This document shows, piece after piece, positions 8,902-18,300 of a stretch of 32,000 bases of DNA (its first letter is position 1; each line of letters begins with the position of its first letter). The stretch is from Rikenellaceae bacterium. GTDB lineage: Bacteria; Bacteroidota; Bacteroidia; Bacteroidales; Rikenellaceae. Position numbers and translations under genes: made by a program. The DNA lies in NCBI GenBank assembly GCA_047172885.1, contig JBCQVS010000020.1, positions 5,849 through 37,848 of the forward strand, given 5' to 3'. A model generated the notes under the pieces. That model saw only the letters and a program-made list of their open reading frames with translations. It was not told the DNA's origin and ran no database searches.

Positions 8902-11165
8902 TTTTCACCCACTTCAAGCTTCACAAGCTTATCACATTTTTGGCCATTAACGGTGACCCCCACAGCCTCATCCGCAACGCAGAAAGTAGCCTCCATGTTC
9001 GATGGAACGGTGATCGAGTAGTGCTTTGCGCCACCCTTTAGGTAGTACGACGCTTCGATCACACCTTGAAGGGTTGGCACTGTGATCTCTGCACTCTCTA
9101 GACCCGCTAATTGAGGTTTGATCGAGGCCGAAGTGTAGCCCGCCGAAGTGGGAGTAATGCCCCACATATAGCGAGGAATAAGGTTGGCTGGAGCTGCACC
9201 CCACGCATGGTTCCAATCGAGGTTACCCTTATATTTTATGTCCCACGCCTCGAGGGTCATCGTCGAACCTGAGCGAATCATATTGAGCCATCCGCGATCC
9301 GTGGTGTTGGTCATAAGCTCCAAAGCATACTCCGCTTCGCCAGCCTTGTAGAGCGCCTCGAAGAGGTATTGAGCGCCGTAGACACTGCAAGCCATACCTC
9401 GCGATTTGACGAACTCGGCAACGCTCGACGTATGCTCATCGTCAACCAGATCAAAGGCCAAGGCCATCATATTGCTATGCAGCGAGGAGTGCGTAGAGCC
9501 CTCACCGTCGATGTAAATTCCCCTCTGCTTGTCGAATAGTTTTTCGTTTATTGCTCTGCGCACCTTTAGGGATTCCTCTGCAAAGAATTCAGCATCCTCT
9601 TGATTTCCAATCACTTGTGCAAGTTCGCTCATTTGAACCAACGCATTGAAATAGAAGCAGTTAACAACCGTGTTTATCGCAACCATCTCGTGACCATCTC
9701 GCTCCCCCAACTCATTTCCACCTTTGGTGAATGACGCCTTGGGCCAATCGACAATATCAGCCATATGTTTGAAGCCTGCTCGGAAGCCAATCTTTTCGAG
9801 GTACTCTGGCGTAGCCACTTCGCTGCTTGCGCTAATCAGCCCATCTTCACGCGCTAACTCGTAGAGTGTCTTGGACTTAAGGGTCTGGTAATATTGCTCC
9901 ACCAAGCGTCGATCACCCGTGTAGAGGTAATCTTGGTAGGCGATCATAATGGTGTGCAGCAGCCACTCGGTAGGCCAGGTCGCGTGGCTCATAAAGTACT
10001 CCAACGACCTCTTGCCGATGGCATACTCCGAGTCGATGCAGTAGTGGCTAAGTTGGTTGAGGTAGGCATCAGCCTCGTATGGAATTCGCTCACGGTCGCC
10101 ATCAATGTAGTAGCCCAGAAAGTCGGTCGCTTGGATGGTGTAGCTGCATATATCCCAGATGCTATTGAGCTGACTGTCAGAACAGTAGAATGTGCCTAGC
10201 TTCTCGTTATAGCCATGCATAACGTTGCGTCTTACAGCGATATCACTGATATGGTTACGACCTCCGCCAACGAACTCAACATAGCGAAATGGCATTATCA
10301 CCCCCCACCTTTCGGGCACTTGGATAGCCATAGGACCTGTATTTCGCTTATCTGCAACCAATGGCACCGAGTAGTCGGAAACACCTTCCTTAAGCTCGAT
10401 CTCCACCTCTTGGTAGCGGATGGTGCCTTGGGGATTTTCATTCAAAAATCCAGTGTAACTCAATTGCTCTCCAAGCCTTACAGTTAGAGTCGCATCATAC
10501 CTCACATCCAAATTAAAGGCGAGGTTTCCAAAGGCGGCCTTTCCGAAGTCGGTTTGGTAGACTGCGGGAGTGGTATCTGCGGGTCGGATAGTAAGATTAG
10601 TACTAACAGCTTGTTTATTATCGCTACTTCTAGTGCTATTACTGCCTGCACTAGGCTTTCGCCTCTCTCCTCGCTTTATCTCATATACCCTTTCTGGCGA
10701 ATTGCCATATTCCACACGACTCATCAAGGGGTTGCTAGTCACTATGCTCTGCGCTCGTTGCTCTTGCGTGGCCATCGTGAAGCCTTGAGCTGCGGAGTAG
10801 TCGCTTGGCATATCCTCGGAGTTCCAATAGCGGATTTTCCAGAAATATCTCTTTTTCTCCTCGAGGGGCTTTCCATCGTACTCCACCGCGAAGTTATTGT
10901 TGTTCAGCACCTTACCACTATCCCACGCATCTCCCTCTTGGCACTCTTCACTGCTCGAGACTATGATCTGATACGCCGTTTGACTCTTTATGCCAGGGGC
11001 TAGGAGCCAGCTAAAGTTGGGTGCAGAGCTAAAGATATATGTGCGCTCAGGCGTGCGGATATAGTCGACACGAAGCCCTATTGGCTCGGTTGGCTGTGAG
11101 ACATTCGACGAGCACGAGAGCAACAAAAGCGAGGTTGCAAGGGCAAAGATGTGGGTGAGTCGCAT
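8877..11165 (-). CDS. GH78 alpha-L-rhamnosidase lipoprotein
   Basis: It has a lipobox (LLLLSC). The rhamnosidase N-terminal domain pattern is present (APNFSWLL, TAYQIIVSS, WDSGKV, YFWKIRYW), followed by a six-hairpin catalytic region. Its 3' end overlaps the convergent permease gene by 25 bp. Confidence 0.8.
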   Translation of the reverse strand: MRLTHIFALATSLLLLSCSSNVSQPTEPIGLRVDYIRTPERTYIFSSAPNFSWLLAPGIKSQTAYQIIVSSSEECQEGDAWDSGKVLNNNNFAVEYDGKPLEEKKRYFWKIRYWNSEDMPSDYSAAQGFTMATQEQRAQSIVTSNPLMSRVEYGNSPERVYEIKRGERRKPSAGSNSTRSSDNKQAVSTNLTIRPADTTPAVYQTDFGKAAFGNLAFNLDVRYDATLTVRLGEQLSYTGFLNENPQGTIRYQEVEIELKEGVSDYSVPLVADKRNTGPMAIQVPERWGVIMPFRYVEFVGGGRNHISDIAVRRNVMHGYNEKLGTFYCSDSQLNSIWDICSYTIQATDFLGYYIDGDRERIPYEADAYLNQLSHYCIDSEYAIGKRSLEYFMSHATWPTEWLLHTIMIAYQDYLYTGDRRLVEQYYQTLKSKTLYELAREDGLISASSEVATPEYLEKIGFRAGFKHMADIVDWPKASFTKGGNELGERDGHEMVAINTVVNCFYFNALVQMSELAQVIGNQEDAEFFAEESLKVRRAINEKLFDKQRGIYIDGEGSTHSSLHSNMMALAFDLVDDEHTSSVAEFVKSRGMACSVYGAQYLFEALYKAGEAEYALELMTNTTDRGWLNMIRSGSTMTLEAWDIKYKGNLDWNHAWGAAPANLIPRYMWGITPTSAGYTSASIKPQLAGLESAEITVPTLQGVIEASYYLKGGAKHYSITVPSNMEATFCVADEAVGVTVNGQKCDKLVKLEVGENQIVVKLE

Positions 11166-11179
11166 ATGATTAAGTAGTT

Positions 11180-13378
11180 TTAAAGTTCCAAATATTGATT
11201 ACCTTTCACCGTGAAAGTAGCCTCGACAAACGATGCTGTTTGCGCCAGAGGTTGACCTCCACCGACCGAGATTGAGAACTCTCCCGACTCGATGCGTCTT
11301 AGATTGTTGTCGGTGATAAGCGACATCTTCTCGGGCGAAATTTCGAGCTCGACCATCTTGCTCTCTCCTGCCTTTAATGATACTCTTTTTGTGTCGGATA
11401 GTTGGCGTACTGGGACAGCTACCGAGGCCTTGAGGTCGGTGATGTAGAGTTGCACCACCTCGTCACCATCTCGATCAGAACTGTTTGTCACTCTGATAGT
11501 TACCCTCTGCGTTTCACCCGCTTTGATCGTCTGAGAGAGTTGCAGATCGTTATAGTCGAATGTGCTGTACGAGAGGCCATAACCGAACGGATAGAGTGGT
11601 TTATGCTCGCGCATATATTTATAGGTACGCCCCTCCATCGAGTAATCTTCGAACGCAGGCAGGTGCTCCAACGACTCGACAAAAGTGATCGGTGTACGAG
11701 CCGAAGGGTTAGCATTTCCGAGGATGATATCGGCCAAAGCATAGCCACCCGCTTGACCTGGATACCAGGCAAATAGCAGCGCATCGGAGAGCTCACGGAT
11801 CTCGGTAAGTTGCACTGGGCAGCCTCCTGTGACCACCACCACAAGGGGTTTGTTAGCCTTGTCAGCTACTTTGCGAAGCTTACAGAGGTACTCCATCTGC
11901 GCCTCAGGCAGCGAGTTATCGTACATATCGCCACCTTGCGCCGAGGCAATCGCTTCACCCTCTTCACCTTCGATGAGCCACGTGAGACCCATACACGCCA
12001 CAACAACATCGGCCGCGGAGCCTTCACCCGAAGCCCAATCAATGGGGTTGGTATTGGCCTTGTCGATCATCACACCTTGCTTATATTGCACCGAAACACC
12101 TGGCGCAACTCGCGACACGAAACCCTCGAGAAAGGTTGTAAAGTGGTCACTTACACCGAAGTAGTTTCCGATCAGTGCATCGGCATTATTGGCGTTTGGC
12201 CCCGTGAGGTAGATGTAGTTCAGATCGTCGGAAAGAGGCAAAATATTGTTCTTATTCTCTAGTAAAACGATCGACTTCACAGCTGCCTCATATGCCAAAT
12301 CGAGGTGCTTCTGACTATCGACAACATCCACATCGATGTGGCTAAATGGAACACTCGCCTCATCGTCAAAAAGCCCCAATTCGAAGCGAGTCAACATCAA
12401 CGGAAATAGCAACTCGTCGATCTGCTCCTCACTCACTAGTCCCATATTGATAGCGTTGTAAAGTGCTGCACCATAGACAGATCCGCAGTTGAGATTCATC
12501 CCATGGTTAACGGCCATTGCCGCAGCCTCCTCGGCAGTTTTACATACATTGTGCCCATCGTAGAAATCTTTCAGAGCCCAACAATCGGTGGTGAGATAGC
12601 CCTCGAAACCCCATCGCTGCTTAAGGATGTCGACCAGCAGGGTTGGGCTGGCGCAACACACCTCTCCGTTGGTTCTGTTGTATGCCCCCATCACACTGCG
12701 CACATTGGCCTCTTGCACCAAGGCTTTGAACGCTGGCAGGTAAGTTTCGTTGAGATCACGCACCGAAGCCTCGGCATTGAACTGGTGACGGTACTTCTCG
12801 GGACCACTGTGAACGGCATAATGCTTTGCACACGCTGCCGCCTTAAGGTACTTAGGATCATCACCTTGCAGACCCTCAACAAAGGCTACTCCCATTCTCG
12901 AAGTGAGGTATGGATCTTCGCCATAGGTCTCTTGACCACGCCCCCAACGAGGGTCTCGATAGATGTTGACATTGGGGCTGTAAAAGGTTAGTCCAGTGTA
13001 GATTCCGCGATTTCCACGCTTCGAGGCGTTGTTGTAAAAGGCACGTGCTTCGTCCGAAATGGCACTCGCCATGCGGAAGATCAGATCGTCGTCGAAAGTG
13101 GCTGCAAGGCCGATAGATTGAGGAAAAACGGTCGCCTTACCCGATCGAGCTAGGCCGTGTAGACATTCGCTCCACCAATTATATTGGGGCACATCGAGGC
13201 GAGGAATGGCCTCGGCTTCGTGAGACATTTGCGAGATTTTCTCCTCCAAGGTCATCTCCAAGATCAGCTCTCGAGCTCTCTGTTCGAAGCTCTGGTCTTG
13301 GTTGTCTAGGGCTGTTTGAGCCGAAAGGTTTAGCGATGTCAAGCAGCAAAGTGATGCTAGTAGTAATTTTGTGTTCAT
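11180..13378 (-). CDS. GH3 family beta-glucosidase/beta-xylosidase-like enzyme, secreted
   Basis: Signal peptide MNTKLLLASLCCLTSLNLSAQ. GH3 motifs are KHYAVHSGPE, GYLTTDCWAL and a C-terminal FGYGLSYSTF Fn3-like region. It lies 14 bp upstream of GH78, so they are probably one operon. Confidence 0.9.
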   Translation of the reverse strand: MNTKLLLASLCCLTSLNLSAQTALDNQDQSFEQRARELILEMTLEEKISQMSHEAEAIPRLDVPQYNWWSECLHGLARSGKATVFPQSIGLAATFDDDLIFRMASAISDEARAFYNNASKRGNRGIYTGLTFYSPNVNIYRDPRWGRGQETYGEDPYLTSRMGVAFVEGLQGDDPKYLKAAACAKHYAVHSGPEKYRHQFNAEASVRDLNETYLPAFKALVQEANVRSVMGAYNRTNGEVCCASPTLLVDILKQRWGFEGYLTTDCWALKDFYDGHNVCKTAEEAAAMAVNHGMNLNCGSVYGAALYNAINMGLVSEEQIDELLFPLMLTRFELGLFDDEASVPFSHIDVDVVDSQKHLDLAYEAAVKSIVLLENKNNILPLSDDLNYIYLTGPNANNADALIGNYFGVSDHFTTFLEGFVSRVAPGVSVQYKQGVMIDKANTNPIDWASGEGSAADVVVACMGLTWLIEGEEGEAIASAQGGDMYDNSLPEAQMEYLCKLRKVADKANKPLVVVVTGGCPVQLTEIRELSDALLFAWYPGQAGGYALADIILGNANPSARTPITFVESLEHLPAFEDYSMEGRTYKYMREHKPLYPFGYGLSYSTFDYNDLQLSQTIKAGETQRVTIRVTNSSDRDGDEVVQLYITDLKASVAVPVRQLSDTKRVSLKAGESKMVELEISPEKMSLITDNNLRRIESGEFSISVGGGQPLAQTASFVEATFTVKGNQYLEL

Positions 13379-13389
13379 TGTGGTAAAAG

Positions 13390-13409
13390 TTAGTATACAA
13401 ATATACTAA
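13390..13409. promoter_or_regulatory. Perfect palindrome TTAGTATA-caaa-TATACTAA in the divergent GH3/regulator promoter region. It contains a minus-strand -7 box TATATTTG (13405-13398).
   Basis: 13390-13397 and 13402-13409 are exact reverse complements. The palindrome begins 11 nt upstream of the GH3 start (13378). Confidence 0.4.
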
Positions 13410-13456
13410 TTTTTAAGACAAACTACGCTTTGATTCAACATTTAAACTTTTTTTTA

Positions 13457-13464
13457 TATATTTG
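13457..13464 (+). promoter_or_regulatory. -7 box TATATTTG for the regulator gene
   Basis: It matches TAnnTTTG. It lies inside the track ORF's 5' extension (TTG 13430), which argues for the downstream GTG 13493 start. Confidence 0.4.
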
Positions 13465-13492
13465 TGGGAGAACCCTTAAACAAAATATCGCT

Positions 13493-15154
13493 GTGCAACG
13501 CTCCCTACACATATTTCTATTTATAATAGCGCTTCTTTTGAGGCCTACGCTCACCATTGGTCAAGAGGCTCAGACTACCCTTTCGTCGATGTTAACAAGG
13601 GCTCATGAGCTTCAAAATAGCAATCCTACCCTATCGTTATACTACTGCAACGAGGGAATTAAAACCCTCCATGAATTAGAGCGTTCGAAGGGTTCTGGCT
13701 CGATGGAGGATATAAATATAAAGGCCGAGCTCTTTTTGCAAAGTGGCGTTACGTGTCGTCTGCTCGGCGATTTCGACTCTGCTTTGACATATCTTCACAG
13801 CGCTTTGGACTCTACGCCCGAGGAGAATCTCAAGCTACGAGCCTCGATCGATGCCGAGATGTCGCGGGCATATTGCTTCCTTTCGGATTTCAACAAGGCG
13901 ATCGAGTTGAATGATCGAGCAACTTCGACCTTCAAGGCGTTGGGTGATTCCATCTCGCTGGCTGCTTGTTACAACTCCAAGGGCATTATCGAGTGCCACG
14001 TATATGAGTACGACAAGGCGGATCTACTTTTCAAAAGGTCGCTGGAGATAAATCGGCAATATAAACTCTTGAAAGAGGTGGCGGCAAACCTCAATAACCT
14101 TGCTCTCTACAAAGGCAACGCGGAGGAGAAAATCGCCTATCTTCACGAGGCGATAGCGATAAACAAGAATCTCGATTCTAAGTGGTCACTGGCTGAAAAT
14201 TACAACAATTTAGGTCGACAATATTACTTCGACTCGCAATTCGACAAGGCCATCGAGAGTCTGAACCTTGCACGACAGACAGCCGATGAGATCGAGGCAA
14301 AGGCCTTAATATGTGACAATTGCGAATATCGAGCCGAGCTATATTTCAAAATGGGCAACTACAAGGAGGCATACGAAAATCTCAGCCAGCTCCACTCTCT
14401 CAGCCAAGAGGTAGGCACTTACAACAAGCTACGCACAATCGAGCAGCGGATATTCCAACAAAAGGAGGAGCAGCAGCAGCGCGAAGCATATTTGCAGGAG
14501 ATAAGGTACAAAGAGGCGCATTTGCGTCAAAGGGTTACGACATTTGCAATCCTCGCTATTTTCGGTGCTCTTTTTACCATTCTGCTCTATCGGAGGAGGC
14601 AATATAAGCGCAATGCAGAACATATGCAGACTAAATATGATTTGGTGCAGGCCGAGTTGGAGCTCGACGACCTAAGACTCAACAAGCAGAAGATGGAGCT
14701 CGAGAGTGTGCAAAAGGCCTTCGAGGCTTCGCAAAAGGAGGCGATAAGTTTCTCGGCATTTGTGCAGTGTCGTACCGAGCTACTGAGCAAGATCCGCTCG
14801 ATGATCAAGCAGTGCGAGAGGATGAAATCGGTCGATGAGATTCACCGCAACCTCTCGAGTGCTGGTCTCTTTATCTCGCAATATATGGGTGGCGAAGGGG
14901 GACAAAATGCGCTACTTGTGGGAGTCGATGCTCGCAACGAGGAGTTTGCCGATAGGCTCTCGGCAAAGCACCCTGCGCTTACCTCGGGAGAGCGTCGGTT
15001 AGCTTCGTTGCTGAGGATAGACCTCTCGACGAAGGATATCTCGGTTTTGATGGGAATCTCGCCTAAGACGGTGAATATGAATCGTTATAGGTTGCGCAAA
15101 TCGCTAGAATTGGATAGCGAGATTGATTTGGTAGAGTATATCAAGGGGTTGTAA
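13493..15154 (+). CDS. Membrane-anchored one-component regulator with an N-terminal hydrophobic anchor, TPR repeats, a TM helix, a coiled coil and a C-terminal LuxR/GerE-type HTH
   Basis: The track ORF is 13430..15154 (TTG start). I prefer GTG 13493 (.QRSLHIFLFIIALLLRPTLTIG). TPR-like repeats span about aa 60-330 of the track protein, and the TM helix is TTFAILAIFGALFTILLY (about nt 14531-14593). A Glu/Gln/Lys-rich coiled coil follows. The HTH is LTSGERRLASLLRIDLSTKDISVLMGISPKTVNMNRYRLRKSL. Confidence 0.75.
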   Translation: MQRSLHIFLFIIALLLRPTLTIGQEAQTTLSSMLTRAHELQNSNPTLSLYYCNEGIKTLHELERSKGSGSMEDINIKAELFLQSGVTCRLLGDFDSALTYLHSALDSTPEENLKLRASIDAEMSRAYCFLSDFNKAIELNDRATSTFKALGDSISLAACYNSKGIIECHVYEYDKADLLFKRSLEINRQYKLLKEVAANLNNLALYKGNAEEKIAYLHEAIAINKNLDSKWSLAENYNNLGRQYYFDSQFDKAIESLNLARQTADEIEAKALICDNCEYRAELYFKMGNYKEAYENLSQLHSLSQEVGTYNKLRTIEQRIFQQKEEQQQREAYLQEIRYKEAHLRQRVTTFAILAIFGALFTILLYRRRQYKRNAEHMQTKYDLVQAELELDDLRLNKQKMELESVQKAFEASQKEAISFSAFVQCRTELLSKIRSMIKQCERMKSVDEIHRNLSSAGLFISQYMGGEGGQNALLVGVDARNEEFADRLSAKHPALTSGERRLASLLRIDLSTKDISVLMGISPKTVNMNRYRLRKSLELDSEIDLVEYIKGL

Positions 15155-15188
15155 TGCTCTAAAAAGGCGGCTAATCAGAAAACCGATT

Positions 15189-15295
15189 TTGTAGATATGC
15201 TTCTCTTAGCCTTATCACTGATAATCAATACATTACATTTTAAATTGTAGATCACATTTTCATACGTTTTTACCTCCTTGTAGGCTCTTTGTAGG
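15189..15295 (+). promoter_or_regulatory. Four direct TTGTAG(A/G) motifs upstream of susC, spaced 56, 33 and 11 bp apart
   Basis: The motifs are TTGTAGAT at 15189, TTGTAGATC at 15245, TTGTAGG at 15278 and TTGTAGG at 15289. The last two form an 11-bp tandem (15276-15297). Function is inferred only. Confidence 0.3.
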
Positions 15296-15386
15296 TTTTA
15301 ATAATTTGTTAACGCTCAAGAAGTTTCATTACTTCGCAACAGCTAAAGCGAAAAACATTTTATTAACAACCTAACTTAAAAAATTT

Positions 15387-18300
15387 ATGAGAATCAAGAT
15401 TTTTACCAAACTCATTCTCTTCTCTTTGCTATGCTTCACGCAGGTAGCAATGTCGCAAGAGAGAACGATCAGTGGAACTGTTTCGACCGAATCGGGTGAT
15501 GTGATTGTTGGTGCGACCGTCATTGTCGAGGGTACAATGAATGGTATTAGTACCGACCTCGATGGAAAGTATACCATCGGTGGCGTTACAGAGGATAGCC
15601 GCATTGTGTTTAGCTATATTGGCTTCACCGAGCAGGTGATTGCGGTAGGTAGCAGAACCGTTCTGAATGTTACAATGTACGAGGATGCTGCGGCATTAGA
15701 CGAGGTTGTAGTGATCGGTTACGGTCAAATGCGTCGTTCGGATGTGACTGCGGCAATCTCATCGGTTGGTGGTGAGGAGCTGCAAACCGTAGCAACTTCA
15801 AATCCTATGGCTGCTCTGTCGGGTCGCGTTTCGGGTATCAGCATCCAGAAGAGTAGCGGTTTGGCTGGTGCCGATGTCGCTGTTAAAATCCGTGGTGTGA
15901 ATACCTTTGGAAGCAACGCTCCGCTATATATTATTGATGGTTTCCCTGGCGATATTGGCACAGTTAACCCTGCCGACATTGCTAATATGCAGGTGCTTAA
16001 GGATGGTGCTGCTTCGGCAATCTACGGTTCTCAGGCGGCTAATGGTGTGGTTATAATCACCACTAAATCAGGAACTTCTGGCGCAACTAAGGTTGAATTC
16101 AACGCATATCTTTCGAGCAACGTACTCTCGAATAAACTCGACATGTTGGATGCCGATGGTTATGTTTCGGTTCAAACTCAAATGTACGAGAATGGTGGCG
16201 TTTCGCTCCCTAGCTACCTTACAACATCGTCGTCAGTCGACACCGATTGGCAAGATCAAGTGTTCCAAAATGGCTTCACTCAAAACTACTCGGTTAGCAT
16301 CACTTCGGGAAGTGAGAATATCAACTTCGCATCGGGTTACACCTATTCTGACGAGCAAGGAACAACCGTTGGTAATGAGTCTCAGCGCCACGATGCCTAT
16401 GTCAAGGGTCAGGTGAAATTCAAAAAGATTTTCACTCTCGATGCCAAGATTGGATTCAATATGAAGCAGTGGTCGGAGCCATACGTGCGCCTTAAGGAGG
16501 TCTATATGATGTCGCCATTGGTTCCCGTTTACAACGACGTGGAGAGCGAGGATATCATGGAGCAGTACGGTTTGGCTGGAAATTATGGCCTAACAGGAAG
16601 TAACCCCGTAGCTGAGATCGAGAACAAGTCGCAGACACAAACGCAATTTACTGTAACGCCTCAAGTGTCGCTAACCGTCGACTTCAGCGATGCACTTTCG
16701 TTCCGCACGGGTTACTCTATCTCGGACAAAAACTACAGATACATTGCACACTACAACCCATACGCTTCAAGCCTTCAAGCACCTAGTTACTACTCTTTTA
16801 ACTGCGATGCTCGCTCAGAGACTCTCTCTCAGAGCTTCACCAACACCCTCACCTTCGACAAGCAATTTGGCAAACACTCGCTCAACGTTTTGGTAGGTTC
16901 TCAATTGGATCTCGAGCACTACAACTACTCTTACGCAGCCGTCGATGGTTACACCTTTGTCGATGGTGTGCAGGTTCCAGCAGGCTTCGACGACGATAGC
17001 TTCGAGACGATCAGCGCAGGTGCTGGTGGAACATACACAGCCAATGGCTATTGGACTGACTACAACCGCTTTGGTTACTTCACACGTATCAACTACAACT
17101 ACGACGATCGCTACTTGGTTCAGGCTACTATCCGCCGAGATGGTTCGTCGTACTTCGGTGCCGATAATCGTTGGGGCACATTCCCTTCACTAGCACTTGC
17201 TTGGCGCATAACCCAAGAGGATTTCTTCCCTACGGACACTTTCGTTGACGACATTAAGCTTCGTGCAACTTACGGAACCTTGGGTAACGAGGCTGCCCTT
17301 AGCCCATACTCTTACGAGTCGTTGATGTACTCCGACACGGACGATCTTTCGATGAACTACGTGATGGGTGGCACAGGTTGGATGGGAACATACGCTCCCG
17401 ACTTGTACAACACTAACCTACAATGGGAGACTACCGAGTCGATCAATGTTGGTGCTGATTATCAACTATTTAACGGTCGTTTAAGTGGTTCATTGAACTG
17501 GTACCAAACAACCACTCGCGATCTTTTGATCAGCCAAGTAGTTCCTGCATCGGCAGGTGTTAGCGATCCGATCGTCAACGTTGGAACTATCCGCAACCGC
17601 GGTTTCGAATTCGAGGCATCGTGGAGCGACAACATCGGTGAGCTTCACTACAACGTTGGTGTGGTGGCCTTTACAACCTCGAACGAGGTGTTGGAGCTTG
17701 CTTCCGAGGGTCAACAACTTACTGGTGATGGTTTAAATTACGGCACTTCTCACTACCCTAATCTCACTCAGGTAGGTAGCTCGATTGGTGCGTTCTACCT
17801 CTACAAGACCGATGGAATTTTCCAATCTGACGCTGAGGCTGCTGCATACACCTCTTCTGACGGAAGTATGATTCAACCAAACGCAAAGGCTGGAGATATC
17901 AAGTTCGTAGATAAGAATGGCGATGGCACAATCGACGATAGTGACCGCTACGACATGGGTTCTGGTATCGCTTCTCTCGAGGCTTCATTCTCGTTGGGAT
18001 TGGCTTGGCGCAACTTCGACTTCAACGCTTTGGTTGGTTCATCGTGGGGTGCTAGCATCTATAACGGAAACCGCTATTTGTACGAAGCGATGGCATCATC
18101 ATCGAATATGTTATCTTCGACACTCGATGCTTGGACACCGACTAACACCGACACTGACGTTCCTCGTGCAGTCTATGGCGATCCAAACTCGAATGCTGAG
18201 AATCCAAGTGATCGTTTCTTGGAGGATGGTGATTTCATCCGCCTACGTCAAATCCAATTGGGTTACACTTTGCCTTCGTCGGTAGCTAAGAAGCTATCTG

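Noticed and set aside
13430-13492. The track's TTG start at 13430 for the regulator ORF
   Set aside because: A TAnnTTTG -7 box (13457-13464) lies inside this extension, so the transcript probably starts after it. GTG 13493 precedes the hydrophobic anchor. This remains uncertain without 5'-end data.
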